Assembly (NCBI RefSeq): GCF_001194135.2
Contig: NC_068989.1
Location: forward strand, 57,872,482-57,936,481
Reading direction: 5' to 3'
From: Octopus bimaculoides
Lineage: Eukaryota
Length of the DNA: 64,000 nt
In this document: positions 23,879-38,985 of the stretch, piece by piece
How positions within the stretch are numbered: position 1 is the stretch's first letter
Layout: each line of letters begins with the position of its first letter
Notes under the pieces: model-generated
The model's database searches: none
Seen by the model: the letters and a program-made list of their open reading frames with translations, nothing else
Told to the model about the DNA's origin: nothing
Translations under genes and position numbers: made by a program

Positions 23879-24744
23879 CTGTAGTAGACAGAAACCAAAA
23901 GAAGCCTTCATATATGCGTATATGTACATCTACGTGTGCGCATATGTGTGTATGTGTGAATTCATATTTCCCTCATCTTCACTTGCCAGTTATAAACAAT
24001 GGCCTCACTGATTGTATCATTTGCTTGCAATCCACCTCAAAAACATGTTTGGACTGAGAGATCATTACCTCCATTGGAAGCAAGTGGGATTAGTCAGCAG
24101 GAAGGGCAACGGTTGTTGTGGTACTAGTGATGGTAACACTGTCGCTAATCCAGTATGTATAAGTAAAATTACAAATAAAAAATATACATCTCTGAAAATT
24201 TGTCAATGCAGTTGGATGATATAATTTACATTATATAACTAATAATCATTCTTTGTTAATGAAATGCATGTAAAAATGTCACTAAATATCTTATAAAAAA
24301 ACTCTCTTACTTTGCTTTGTTTTAGATATCATTATCATCATCACTATCATTGTTTTAATGTCCACTTTTCCATGGTTACCTGAATCAGACAGAATTTGTT
24401 GAAACAGACTTTTCTGTGACCAGACATGTTTATGGCACACTTGAAATGAATGACCACCACTTGTGTGATCATGACATTTATTTACAATCATTGCATGATG
24501 CCAAAGCAAAGAAATATTAACATACACATATACAAATATATGAATATGTATATGAGTGTGTGTGTGTATGACACACACTCACACGTATGTATGCATGTAT
24601 GTCAACGGGATGGCATACAAAGAAGTAGCCTGGGTTCCATAGCATAATGTATATATAGAAATAAATTCACACATAAAAAAGCACCCAGCCTTTCACATCT
24701 AAGTGTCATTATCTAATTTTGACTGCTTGTAACTGCTGAACAAA

Positions 24745-25130
24745 GATGGGACACTAGTGGACTGTTTGCTACATTATCCTCACCGCATTAGTTGGTTGTA
24801 AGATTGCATTTTTTCTGAGATGACAAACATAACAGCAAAAAGGGTGGAGATTGTGAAAGTGTATGTAAGAATAGGTTCTGTTTGAGCAAATGCTTGAAAT
24901 TTTTGAAGTCAAGTCTCCAGGTAAAGACTTACCAGCAAAAAGAACAATACAAATGTTGGTTAAGAAGTGGAATGCTACAGGGTCAGTGTATAATGCCCCA
25001 AAGCAAAGAGACACTGCAATTCAAATGCCAGAAGTTATTCAGGACATTCACCAAAGTATTACTCAAAGTCCAAAGAAGTTAACACATAAATTGGCGAGGC
25101 AGTCTCACATGATAGGAAGTCATGCCAATG
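24745..25130 (+). mobile_element. Tc1/mariner-superfamily transposase N-terminal fragment (DUF4817-like HTH)
   Basis: 'KRVEIVKVY…PAKRTIQMLVKKWNATGSVYNAPK…IHQSITQSPKKLTHKLARQ'. Confidence 0.55.
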
Positions 25131-26262
25131 GGTATGAAAAAATCTCTATATATATATATGACGAGCTTCTTTCAGTTTCCATGTACCAAATCCACCCACA
25201 AGGCTTTGGTTGGCAAGAGGCTATAGTAGAATACACTTGTCCAAGGTACCATGCAGTGGGACTAAACCCAGAACTATGTGGTTGGTAAGCAAGCTACTTA
25301 CCACACAGCCACTCATGCATACATATACAATTCATACACACATGTGTTTATTTATGTTGAAACATTATTTTATATATTAATTCAAATCTAAATATGAATC
25401 TGCCTATTAGAATATTATATTTACCTATTGGAATAACAATGTTATTGATATAGGAAACATAAACCAGTAAATTCTTCAGATACTTAATATCCCTTTGGTG
25501 AATTTTACCCCTAGTTATATATATATATATATATGATGGGCTTCTTTTAGTTTCTGTCAACCAAATCCACTCTGAAAGTTTGGGTTGGCCTAAGTCTGTT
25601 GTAAAAGATACTTGCAAAAGGTGTCTGTGTTTACATGTGTGTGTGTGTTTGTATATGAAAGCTTGTGAATATTGAGTGTAGCTCCTTCTGACTAATCCAT
25701 TAAGTTTAAACACACACTGTTGTGTATATCAACATTGCCATTGAATAAATATACCTGTCTCATAATACTGAGTACTCTTATAATTCCACCCCCTATCACA
25801 TATCCCTCTCATCACTAACCTTCATATCCCTATCTCTCAATCTTCTCACTCTATAAAGTGGCTAGTGAGCAAGCACAGTGAAATCCTTTTAGTTGTGTTG
25901 AGAACACAGCAACCTGTCTAGTGCCAGTGTCACAAAAAACACTCAGTACACCCTGTTACGTGTGAGATTGTGACGGCCCTTTTTATCTTGTAAAGGAAAT
26001 GACAACTTTAGTATTGCTACCATGAAAAAAAAAGCAACTAGTACACAAATGTATGTATGTATGTACGTACGTACATACTGAAATGGCAGTCTGTTGTAGA
26101 AACAAAATGAAACGTTTTCCAGGAAATATTACTTGTTTTTTTTTTTCAATTCAGAGAAAAGTATTCAGCAATTAATTAGTAATGGGTAAGTAGATTATTG
26201 TCAATAACATTAAGCTATTATATGACACATGATCAAATTCTAGCTTAATTACTGATATATAA

Positions 26263-26328
<66 letters not shown>

Positions 26329-26479
26329 GTAGTTTGCTTAGAGTATTGTGATACAGAAGTAAAAGGGTTACCTAACTTTCTCTTTTTGCCTTGTAAGATA
26401 CTTCCTGTCTTCATTATTTGTTATTTTATATATATTTATATCAATGTATGTACATCTCTCTGTCTATCTATGGATTTGG

Positions 26480-26900
26480 AGGTTAAGCTAAGATTTTTTA
26501 AGCTCTATCAGACATACTGACACCTGGCACATTCTGTAAAGTTCACAATGCACATGTTGCCCAGATGAAAGCACAGTCCTGCAGTTATGAAATCTTTTGT
26601 TATACCCTTTACTCTCCCAACCTTGCACCATCTGACTTCTACCTCTTTCCAACCATAAAGTCTTTTTTGAAGAAGCACTTTTCAGATGATGATGAATTTA
26701 TTTCTGAGGTAAAGTCTTGGCTCCAGATACAATCTACTGATTCTACAGACAAGGTCTTCACAGCTGCATAAGGCAATGAGAGAAGTGTGTCACCATTGAT
26801 GGCAGCTATGCAGAGAAGGACTAATAATTATGCCAAGTTTTGTTTATCCCTGTTCTTGGGAAGTGGGTCAGTAGAAATCTTTAATGAACACCCCTCATAT
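26480..26900 (+). mobile_element. Mariner 3' fragment with internal (TA)-adjacent TIR
   Basis: 'YSPNLAPSDFYLFPTIK…FSDDDEFISEVKSWL'; TIR-like end ttaatgaacacccctcata. Confidence 0.8.
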
Positions 26901-27207
26901 ATATAGACATATATATATATATATAAGTGTTTGTGTGTGTGTGTGTGTGTGTGTAGGGAGAATTCACAAAAAAACAAAAGACAAAGACAGGTGGTGTAGA
27001 CAACAAACATGTATTAGTTTAACGCTCAGGAAGTGAAAAAGTCTTTAACGCTTCAAGCTTACACTCTTCCACAGAAAGAAACAAGGAAAAAAAATAAAGA
27101 ATGTGTAGTGGCTAGCGATCTATCATGGCAAAGGCCGGACAGAAGTGTCACACAGGAGAGCTAGGAAGAAGGGGTTATAATAAAGTAGTGGTGATCCCAA
27201 AATGTGC

Positions 27208-27240
<33 letters not shown>

Positions 27241-27245
<5 letters not shown>

Positions 27246-27925
27246 GGTGTTTAGGCTAAATTAGATGATTTTTTCTAGGTCTGCTTTTTTCAGTAACAGC
27301 TTGATGTATTGATGAACAGTCAACTGAGTTGGAGAGCATAAAGATTCAAGTTGTAGTCAAGAAAAAGTTAGACAACATGAAAGACTGGAAGCCATCTGAA
27401 TATTGGAAAAGAATTTCATGTATCATGATGATTCGCACTGGGTCTCAATTCTCTGTGAACCCTGTAAAGGCTGTAATATGTGACATGGACATCATGAAAA
27501 CCAAGTTCCCCCAAAGTGTTGTGGTCTTTGGGTGTGTCTTCAGTAAGGGTGACATCATACTGCCCCACATCTTTGAACAGGGCCTTAGGCACCATTCAGA
27601 TGAAGCTGCTGGAGAGAGTTGCTGCTGAAAGGCCATATGCATGGCAGCAGGATTTAGCCCCTTGCCATATCTCCAGAGTCAGAAATGGTTGCTGGAGAAT
27701 TTCTATGACTTCACCAGTCCCAATTTTGGCCTCCTAATTTCCCCATTTGTTATCCCATGGATTGCTACATGTGGGGCACTGTTGAGAAAGACACCAACAA
27801 CTTTGCCTGCAACACCAAGGCCAAGATCAAGGAGGTGTTTGAAAATCTTCCATAGTATACAATGAGTATTGCATGCACCAGGTTCTGGAGCCATTTGGAG
27901 GCCATGGTGGAAGTGTGTACAGGCT
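27241..27925 (+). mobile_element. maT (DD37D-like) Tc1/mariner element, internally deleted and degenerate
   Basis: Starts TA|cagggtgt; 'KTKFPQSVVVFGCV…PHIFEQGLR…AERPYAWQQDLAPCH'. Confidence 0.7.
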
Positions 27926-28554
27926 CATATATTTATACCATGGGCTTCTTTCAGTTTCCATCTAGTAAATCCAATGACAAGGCCTTGGTTAGCCCAGGGC
28001 TAAAGTAGAAGATAATGGTGCAAGGTTCCATGCAGTGGAACTGAACATGAAACAATGAGGTTAGGAAACAAGCTACTTAACCACATAATCATACCTCTAT
28101 TCATACACACACTCACATAATGTTAGTAAGTAGGAGAGAAAACATGGCTCTCGTGCTGTCAGGAAACTGATAATGATGAATGTGGAGAAATGGAGTAGGA
28201 ACTTTGGGCAATTGGAATGGTTTCCAATTTGGAAATTACTGTATTTGCCAGCAAATAAGATGTGCTTTTCCTATTTTTAAATTATATTTTAAATTCTCCT
28301 CTTTTCATGCTGGCATGGATTGGATTGTTTGACAGGAGCTGGCAAGTCAGAAGACTGTGTTAAGCTATACTTTTTTGTTTGGCAAGGTTTCTATAGCTGG
28401 ATGCCCTTCTTAATAATAATCACTTTACAGAGTGCTTTTTATATGGCACCAACAAGTAGTGAAGTCACCAAGTAACTTTTAAGACAAGACTCCTCAACTG
28501 AATGGGGTGTAGTATTGAGGGTGGTGGCTTCGTGCCAGATGATGAGAAGTTAGA

Positions 28555-28860
28555 GTATGATGCTCACAATCATGAGGTAATGAGCTTGATTCCTGAACCG
28601 GGCTTTATTTCATGTTGCTCCAGTTCACTCAGCTGTAGAAATGAGTTGTGACATCACTGTTGCAAAGCTGTATTGGCCTTTGCCTTTCCCTTGGATAACA
28701 TTTGTGACATGGAGATGGGGAGGCTGGTATGCATGGGTGACTGCTGGTCTTCTACAAACAATTTTGCCTAGACTTGTGCCTCAGAGGGTAACTTTTTAAA
28801 TGCAATCCCATGGTCATTGATGACCAAAGGGGGGGGGGGTCTTTACCCTTTACCCATTTA
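28555..28860 (+). mobile_element. Third SINE family copy (5'-eroded)
   Basis: Homologous in reverse complement to 40530-40858. Confidence 0.7.
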
Positions 28861-29537
28861 GAAGGATGGGAATAGGTATGTTACAATAAAAGAGAAACAT
28901 GGCTACCTCAGTTGGTGAGAGAGAGAGATAAGACAGTTAATATGTGACAAGGAATAAACTCAAGTTATGGTTTTGCTTCTATGGCTGGATGCCGCTCCTT
29001 ATGCCAACTACACCACTAAGTGTACAGGCTGCACAGCATCAGCGCTTTTATGCGGAACCAGCACCCACACTAATGCCTTTTATATGGCACCTTGATTTTA
29101 GGATCTCAATTCAGTTGTGGCAGACAGGTCTTCTTGAGTACAGCAATGTACCACATATCTTGGTCCTGTCATCTCCTTCATAAGGTGCAGCGTTTTGTGA
29201 TTGACCTTCAATACTTTGTCCCATGTCTTCCTGGGTCTCCCTCTTCTACAGCTTCCCTCATCACTTCTTTATGCAACTGTCCTCATCCATCTGCAATACC
29301 ATACATTATTTAATGACTAGGTTACCTTTAAGAAACAGATTTTAATTACCTCATTGAGAATTCTCTGAGAAAAGTGAAAGGAATATTAATCTTTCATCTA
29401 CCTGCCAGCTATTTGCAATGGCAACACCACCATACTGGTAGTGTACTACCCTAATGGCTAATTTACAGTAGCACAAAACATCATAGCTAAAAATAGGAGT
29501 TTTACATTATTTGAAGTAATTCTCTTGACAAGCACAG

Positions 29538-29965
29538 CATGGCTGTGTGGCATTGGCACAGTTGTAGCTGTGTGGTAAGAAGCTTGCTTCCCAACCACAT
29601 GGTTCCAGGTTCAGTTCTGCTGCATGGCACCTTGGGTAAGTGTCTTCTACTATAGCTTTGGGCTGATCAAAGTTTTGTGAATGGATTTGGAAGACAGAAA
29701 CTGAAAGAAGCCCATTGTATGTATATATATATATATATATGAATGTATTTATATGTGTGTGTGTCTGTGTTTGTCCCCGCTACCATCGCTTGACAACCAA
29801 TGCTCATGTGTTTACGTCCCCATAACTTACTGGTTCAACATAAGAAACTGATAGAATAAGTACTAGGCTTACAAAGGATAAGTCCTGGGCTTGATTTCTC
29901 TGACTTAAACCCTTTAATACAGTGCTCCAGCACGGACAGTCACATGACTGAAACAAGTAATTATA
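29538..29965 (+). mobile_element. Full-length tRNA-derived SINE (same family as 2960-3352)
   Basis: Head, body, (AT)n(GT)n and 3' half all present. Confidence 0.85.
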
Positions 29966-30039
29966 CAGTTGACTTCAAAAAGAAGTTTGAAATACAGTGC
30001 TGGCATAACAGTTTATATATGATAGATTTATAGTTTCAT

Positions 30040-31315
30040 ATCCGAGTGGGTATCCAAAAGTAACAGGAAATGTTCTCTGTGAGACAAACCTTTTGTAGTG
30101 CAGGTTTCTGCTGCTAGAAAGTAGATGCGGCTTTCAAGCATCAGTCTGCCGACCTGTGGCAGTGAGTAAAGTCATGCTCCTACAAAGTGCATCTTTGTAT
30201 TGCAGTGCTTCTCCCCTGTTCGTTGATTTTTGCAATGGCTGAAATAGAGAAACAGCATGCTTCCATGAGATTCTGTTTACTGCTGGGGAAAATGGCTGCC
30301 GAAAGTTGTCATGTTTCAAACGGCTTACAAGAATGCTGCCATGAGCAAAACAAGTTTATGAGTGGTTTCCACACTTTAGGAATGGTCACTTGTTGCTTGA
30401 AGACCAACCACATTCAGAGCAACTGGCAACCTCCCAAACGAATCAAAGCATTATGAAAATTCATGAACTGATCTTGGAGGACCATTACTGAACAATTGAC
30501 AAACTTGTTGATGTGACTGGTGTGTCCTGGAGCTCTTGCCAGTGCATTTTGAGTGAGGAATTGGGAATGAAATGAGTTGCAGCAAAATTTGTGCCTCACT
30601 TGCAAAAGCAATCACAACTGAATGTGTCATGAACTGAAAGAACAGTTGGAAGTTGATCTGGACCTTTTGCCGAAGGTCATCACTGGTGACGAAAGCTGGC
30701 GCTATCTGGAAACAAAGCAGCAATCAAGTCAATGGAAGCATTCAATGTCACCATACCCCAAAAAGGTGTGTCAAGTCCAATGTCAAGACTGCTGATTTGT
30801 TTCATCGATGTGAAAGGAATTGTCCACACAAAATTTGTTCCTCCTGGTTGAACAGTTAAACAGACATATTACTTGACAGTGCTGCGGTGCTTGCGAGACA
30901 GGGTGAGACAAAAACACACCAACCTGTGACAAAGTGGAGAGTGGTGGTTTCATCACGGCAATGCATCTGTGCACACCATCTTGAGTATGAGACAGTTTTT
31001 GACCAAAAATGGTATGACCCCACTAACCCTATTCACCTGATCTTGCTCCCTGCAACTTTCTTTTGTTCTCTCAAATGGAAAAAGTCCTTCAAGGAAAACG
31101 TTTTGCAGATGTGGAAAAAGTGACATAAAAGATGGAGGCGTTAAGGCATCACTCTGCAAGAGTTCCAGGACTGCTTCAAACAGTGGAAAACGCATCTAGA
31201 CCAATGCATTGCTTCAAATGGAGAATACATTGAAGGTGATAAAAGTGTAAACATGTAAAACTAAGTGAATAAAATAATATTGCAAAATTCCGGTTTCTTT
31301 TGAGTACCACCTCAT
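30040..31315 (+). mobile_element. Near full-length degenerate mariner transposon
   Basis: Imperfect TIRs (gagtgggtatccaaaagtaacaggaa / ttccggtttcttttgagtaccacctcata); motifs 'ITGDESW', 'FHHGNA', 'PDLAPCNFFLF' across broken frames. Confidence 0.8.
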
Positions 31316-34166
31316 AGATTCTGGTATACTGTCACAAAATTGTATTTACATGCACAGAATCATACATATTCTCCTATAAAACCATTTAAAAATATCTTTT
31401 AATAAATATATGATTAAACATACTAAATTGTTTTTTTTTCAAAAAAGTACACTTGTAAAATAGGGGTGCATCATATATCGAAGCAAATACAGTACATTTG
31501 AATGCCGATCCTTTTAAAAATTTCCAAATGTAAATTACTGGACATCTTTCCCCTTTGTGCCACAGAAAATAAAGTCTTATTGTTTTTAACCTCTCCCAGT
31601 AGTTTTATTGCTACATGAAAGCAATCTCTTTGGTTTAGGACTTTGACATTTTGAAGTGACTACGTTTTTAATATAAACTAAATCTTCTTTTTAAATTATT
31701 TTTAAAAAACATATAAACACATACACACACATATAAAACCATTATGTAGCTCTAAGTATTATCAAACATGTTTATAACTTTATAAGAAATAACACCTACA
31801 GGTGTTATTCATTTTTCACATTTATGTCAAATTAACTTTTTTTTGATACCAAGACACCTGAGACCAAACTTTATTCTAGGACACAAACATCCTGTTTAAA
31901 ATGATTTAAACTAAAACTTTCTAAAATTTCATGTTATTTTATATTCCAAATACCAGCTTACTAATAAGGTTATTTTACAAAATTCTTCATTATTTTCAAA
32001 ATAAAGTGAAACAAAGGCAGTGTATTTCAATAGAAATATGGTAACAAAAGGTTTAAACTTCAGATACGCATATCCAACAACTTCAGAACAACTTGTATGT
32101 AGTCTATAGTAACTAGAACTGCCTTAGCTTTTACTAGTTCAGTATTAACCAATTATTAGTTAACCTAGGACTTTCCTATCAACAGACCTTCTTACTGCTA
32201 ATGTCTGACTAAACCCATTAAACTCTGCCTAAAATGGTACATCTAACATTTAGGTACACTTTTAATACTATTTATTTATAAAGGCAATGAGCTGGGAGAA
32301 GCATTAGCACACCAGGCAAAATGCTTAGCAGCATTTCGTCTGTCTTCATGTTCTGAGTTCAAATTCTGCTGAGGTTGACTTTGCTTTTTATCTTTTGAGG
32401 GTTGATAAAATAGGTACCACTTGAGCACTGGGGCCGATGCAATTGATTTACCTCCTCCCCTGAAATTGCTGGCCCCGTCCCAAAATGCGAAACCAATATT
32501 TATTTATAAAGGTGGTGAGCTGGGAGAAATGGCAAAATGCTTAGCAGCATTTTCACCTTCTCTATGTTCTGAATTCAAATTCTGCCAGAGTCAACTTTGC
32601 TTTTCCTCCTTTTGGGGTCAATAAAATAAGAACCAGTTGGGCACTGGGATCAATATAATCAACTTGCCCCCTCCCCCAAAATTGCTGGTCCTGTGCCAAA
32701 ATTTGAAACCAATATTAATTATTTATCAGTATGGTTTTTAAAGTAAGTAATTATCAATACTTAAATTTGAGATGGAGAAAGCATGAAGATAACTAGTCAC
32801 TCAGTTATAAGTCATTAGTTTGATACCCAGTTTGGGAAGCATTGTGTGTCCTTAGACAAGGCATTTTAATGTTGATCTGGTCTACTCAACTAGCAGAAAT
32901 GAGTATTATGACTGGAAGATGGATATGATCAGCAGTACACTGCTATCACTATCTTCACTTTTTTTTTTTACTTTACATTTGAATAGGCACTATTTATATT
33001 TAACCCCTTTCATACCAAACTGCTCGAGACAGTCTTGCTTCTGTAAGGCAATCTTTGTTTTAAAATGATCTAAATTAAAACCTTCCGTAAAAATTTTGCG
33101 TCAGTTTAGGTTCCAAACATCAGCTTAATATTGACAAAGTTATTTAAATAAATTCTTCATTATTTCATCTCATCTTTTCTACTCGCTTATTCCTGGTAGG
33201 GTCATGGGGGCAAAGTCCTCAAGTATGCCCTTCATCTGACTGGATGATCAAGTGAGACTCATTGAGCTCATGGATGTTATCCAACCATCTTTGCTTGTTT
33301 GTGATCTACCCCGAGGATCACTTGTCGGTTGGTTTTTGCCCATAAAAACTTGTCCAGCAATTCTTTCCTGAGACATTCATCATCATTTAACATCTGCTTT
33401 CCATACTAGCATGGGTTGGACAGTTTGACTTGAACAGGTAAGGCCAGGGGCTGCACCAGGTTCCATTGTTTGTTCTGGCATGGTTTCTACAGCTGGATGC
33501 CTTTCCTAGTGTCAACCACTCCACAAAGTGTACTGGGTGCTTTTTATGCAGCATTAGCACCAATGCTTTTCATGTGACACCAGCACATTCTTACCAACAA
33601 TTCTTCATTATTTTAAAATTAACTGCAAAAAGGCAGCACATTTCAACATAGTAACAAAAGGGGTAAAGTGAACTAAATTAAAACCGTTCATCAAAATTTC
33701 ATGTTAATTTATGCTTCAAACACCAACTAAATAATGACAAAATTATTTCACTAAATTTTTAATTACTTTCAAAACAAATCGGAAAAATGAAATATAACAA
33801 AAATGTTAAGGATTCTTTCTATAACTGAAACTTCTAAATTTGAAAATTTTACACATTTAAATATTCCTGGAAAAAATACTTTCTGAATAAAATCTTTTCA
33901 CAATATTTATCATTCTAAAAATACCTAAACTAATTTTTACTTCAGACAATATTTCAAACTTAGATTTAAAATATATAAAAATAAGTATAGTCCAATGAAA
34001 ATAAAAACAATTTTAATGAATGTAAATATTGCTTTTACAAAGATACAAAGGGGAGAGAAGAAAAATTTGTATGTAAAATATTTATATAACCGGAGGTAAA
34101 TAGAGATATAAGAATATTTAAATTTGAATAAATTTAATATATTTTTTTTCAATTACACTCCATTGT

Positions 34167-34172
34167 TTTATT
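34167..34172 (-). terminator. PDCD6: Candidate PDCD6 polyadenylation signal AATAAA
   Basis: tttatt on plus, about 230 nt past the stop in a very AT-rich UTR; ATTAAA also at about 34139-34134. Site usage unverified. Confidence 0.45.
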
Positions 34173-34399
34173 ATAACAAATATTCTCCATCTAAATTATT
34201 TTGTATGTTAAAAAAAGGTTACAACAGTGTGAATCTTTCTTTTTCTATTATGTAAAAAAAACAAGTTTCTTCACCACCTTGTTGATAATCTGATGTGGCT
34301 TGACACAGATTATATTTTGACGAGAATATTTTTTTTATGGTATCATAACTATATCATTTACAATATTTGTAACATGAATACAGATTAGAAAAAAAGTAG

Positions 34400-34501
34400 C
34401 TAAGTACGAAGACTGAATACAAGTGCAAGAAAATCTTCATATGAAATCTGAATAACACCATCGCGATCTCTGTCGTGAACTTGAAAGGCATTTGTTAAAG
34501 T
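34400..34501 (-). CDS. PDCD6: PDCD6/ALG-2 last coding exon: TLTNAFQVHDRDRDGVIQISYEDFLALVFSLRT* (EF5)
   Basis: Acceptor tttcAG at 34503-02; phase 0; TAG at 34402-34400; clear EF5 homology. Missed by the ORF track (too short). Confidence 0.95.
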   Translation of the reverse strand, partial: TLTNAFQVHDRDRDGVIQISYEDFLALVFSLRT

Positions 34502-35142
34502 CTGAAATTAAAAAAGAAAAACGCTTTTAACATTTAAAAAAAAAAAAATGTAGAAGCAAGACAAAAGAAATATTGTTTACAAACACATATATCATCATCA
34601 TCTTTTAATGTCTGTTCTCCATGCTGGAATGAGTTAGACGGTTTGACAGGAGTAGGTCAGCTGGAGAGCTGCCAGGCTCCAATTGTCTGTTTTGGCATGG
34701 TTTCTATGGGTGGGTGGTTTTCTTAATGCCAACCACTTTACAGAGTGTACTGGGTACTTTTATGTGGCACCTGCAGGAGTGCTTCTATGTGGCACTGGCA
34801 CAGGTGTTTTTACATAACACCAGGACCTACGATCCTATATATATATATAAAACCAGTGTATTGCTAGCAGTACTTGCAGATAATTCAATGATTATTCTGC
34901 AGCATTGAAAACTGTAACTTTATTGAAAGTTTAAAGAGAACTATGAAATATGATTCATGTAGTGCATACAGAACAGTAAGAACCCAACCAATAAGGTATT
35001 TATTCATTCTTACTAGGTTCTGGCAGATTCTCACTGTTCTACATGCACTCCTGGAATTATCAGTTTGGCAGACATCAGCAAATAACTTGTTTACTGATTC
35101 CTATAAACATGAGACTGTACTCTTGTTTCATTGGTCAGAAGT

Positions 35143-35192
35143 AGCTTTGACTGAGAAGTCACACAATGAGGCCAAAACATTAAAGTCCCCTA
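35143..35192 (+). ncRNA. Degenerate hammerhead-like motif (family shared with 60.1 and 60.5 kb)
   Basis: agctttga-CTGAGAA-gtc…ggc-c-AAAAC-attaaa-GTC; the upstream ~70 bp aligns with 60390-60470. Confidence 0.35.
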
Positions 35193-36136
35193 ACTCTAGT
35201 GAAGCATGTGAACACACATCTAAACGGAAAAAGTTGCCAGTAGGCAGCTATAGAGAATCAAACCCTGTGTTTCTCAATTAATTATATCTTCTTGAGTCTA
35301 TGTAACTTTGCCTACTTTTACTGTGAATGTAAATAAATATTTATATATGAGTGTGTGTGTGTGTATATATTATACACACACACACCTACATAATGCTGTT
35401 CTTTTATTAGATGATTGCTTTTTGGGGCTCTCTTCCTCTATTCTTAAAGAAACTAAAACCTTATCTGAAACAACTAAAAATTTCCGTCTCTTTTGTAATT
35501 TTTGTAAAAATATTTTCTTTATACCCTTGTCTAGACATCACATGATATTTGTAAAAATGAGCGTCAGTCATACAGGCAATGTTGTTCATTTTCGGTCTTC
35601 CATGAAAACCCATCTGGCCTTGGGGAAGTATTACCTTACGTGGAAACAGGTGGTGGTTGGTGACAGTAATGGTATCCCAACAAAGAATATCTGCCGCAAG
35701 ATATTCTGTCTTATCTATGCAAAGCATACAAAAATGGACGTGAAATGAAGATTTGCAATCATTGAAGAGGGGAGACAACCGAGTTTGCTTTAAATGTCAT
35801 TTGACCAGATTTTTAATTATATAAACCAAAAACGTCAATGTATTTTGAAAATAATCAAGAATTTGGCAGCTTTGAGTAAATAATTTAGTTTTTCCATGTG
35901 TGAAGCCCAGTAGAAAATGAGGACTTGTTGCTAATAATGTTATAATGACGTTGGGGTGTGCACATGGGTGTAGATATTCAAACTCATGACATAACAATTT
36001 GAATATACATCTCCCCATTTAGTCCAGAATATCAATCTGTTGTAAGGTGTCCAGAGTCATGCAATCAGATGAATACTGTGTCAGTCATTTACCATATCTT
36101 GAAAATATTGCTTCTCTGGGCATCAACATGCTAAAG

Positions 36137-36393
36137 CAGTGGTTCCCAAAGCGGATGGTAGTCGAAAAATCCAGGAGGACGGTGAAGAAAAGTGGGGTGG
36201 TAATGGGTTGGTCAATGGATGTAAAACGAAACCTCAAAATAATGGGTTAATTAGGTTTAAGTTTATCTATGATATACAGTTGTTTTGAATTTGCTGCAGA
36301 AAGTGGTCTATGTTTGTGGTGGTGAGTGGGGGCACTAGGAATGTGACCTGGGGGCTAAGGGGGTGGAAGCCTGAAAAGGTTTAGGAACCACTC
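36137..36393. mobile_element. hAT MITE, 257 bp
   Basis: TIR cagtggttcccaaa / tttaggaaccact; perfect 8-bp TSD tgctaaag (36129-36 and 36394-401). Confidence 0.85.
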
Positions 36394-37085
36394 TGCTAAA
36401 GTTTCAATATTTAGCCACTGATTAGGTAAAAGCCCACAAGATTATGCATCATATTTTGAACAACTTTTAGCCATCTTTTCTGATTTTAATATCTCAACCA
36501 TTTGTGGACATGCTTAGAAAGCCAAAAAAAACAACACAGCACCCATGACTTTTATACACCTAGAATTGTCAAACCATAGAATAAGCTACCAACATTGGTT
36601 GTTAGCTGTTAGAATACTGCATTTTTCAAAAGTCCATGCTTTACCTGAAATTTTCCAACACTATTCTGATGTGCCTATGTACTCATTCCTCTTTATGGCT
36701 CTTTTACTGTTCACTTTTCTATCTCTATTTTATTCTGTGTTGTGCAAGTACTTCTAACTTTCCTTGGTGCTTTCCTACGTTTGATCATTTGTGGTTTCTC
36801 TCCCCAGTTTTAACCTTTTCTGATGAATTGTAGTGCACCTTAGCACTGTATACTACAAGCTCATTACTATCATTATTAAAAGTAAATTCTTTAAAAGGGC
36901 AGCGAACTTGCAAAATCGTTAGCCTGCTAAACAAAATGCTTAGCAGAATTTCATCCATCTCTATGTTCTGAGTTCAAATTCCATCTAGGTTGACTTTGCC
37001 TTGCATCCTTCCAGGGTTGATGAAATAAGTACTAGTTGAGCATTGGGGTTGATGTAATCTACTAGCTGCCTCCCTAAAAATCTCA

Positions 37086-37442
<357 letters not shown>

Positions 37443-37801
37443 TTAAGAACCACTGCCTTATCAAATAAAGCAGTTCTACATTCAAAACAGTTATGGCTGG
37501 ATCCTCTCTGATCAACTGTCTGATTGATTATGGCTAAATTACTTCATTATTATTTTAATGTAGGTTCATTAAATTCTATCTATATATGACTTAGTTATCT
37601 GTACCATCAATCTAGACACTGGATCACAATGCAGTCTTCAGATTTATACTATCAAACTAAGTGATGACCAACAGTACATATAAGTAATGGAAAGCAGCAG
37701 AATAGTAATAATAATACATTAGACAGAGGAATGATGAGAGAAAGAGAGGTGGTGTCAAACTAAATGGAAGATTAATTCTATTATCAAAATGAGAAAAGTT
37801 A

Positions 37802-37984
<183 letters not shown>

Positions 37985-38985
37985 TCAGAATCAAACATCA
38001 AGGATATCCACAAGCATTAAGTGAGGCAACAGTGGTTATTCATAAAAACAAATTACTGCTGTTGCATTCCTCACTATAGACAGTATTTGTTCAGGCAAGC
38101 TTTCCACAGCCAGATGCCTTCTCTGTCACCAACACTCACCTGTATCCAAGCAAGGTAATATTTCCAATGGCTGAACAGGTTTTACATAGAAGATTAGAAA
38201 TGGACAACATCCTTTGTATGACAATGATGCTTGTTTACAACCATCACATGATGTCAAGACAAAGGTTCACACAATCATACATACAAGGGCTGGTTGAAAA
38301 ATTCACAGACTGATCAAGATACTCTCATGGAAGGTGACAAAAAATGAAGTTTGTAGTCCACACATTTCTTTCATCGGTGTTGTAGTGCCTGGATACTATT
38401 GGTGAAGAAGCTTTCAGCTTATTGATCAAAAAAGTCAACAGCAGATATGACATCATCATCAATGTGATCTTGAGTTCAATCCCACTGCATGGCACATTGA
38501 GCAAACGTCTTCTACTGTAGCCCTGGGTTGATCAAAGCCACATGAGAGGATCTAGTAGGCAGAAACTGAAAGAAGCTCAGAGTGTGTGTGTGTGTGTGTG
38601 TGTACTTGTTTTGACATCATGTGATGGTTGGAAACGAACATCCCTGGCCATACAAGTAATGTTCATTTCTGGTCTTTCATGAGAAAGATGTCTGACCATG
38701 GGGAAATTTACTTTGCTTCAAAACAAATGAGATTTGGCAGCATCAAGGGTATCTGGCCATAGAAAATCCACCACAACAAATTGTCTCATCCATGCAATCA
38801 TTGAAAATGGACATTAAACAATGATGTTGGACACATCTTATGGGGGGGGAGGTCTTTGTTACATGATAGAAATTAGAAATGGGTAAACATAAAAAGCTAC
38901 CAAAATAAGCTTAAACAAATCTTTACACATGTTAAACCATGATAAATGATTGTATAAAAGGAGGAAAGATAACTGTTTAACTTAC

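Noticed and set aside
36325-36368. G-quadruplex-like G-runs
   Set aside because: Only three long G-runs with a long loop, inside a MITE; no evidence of function.
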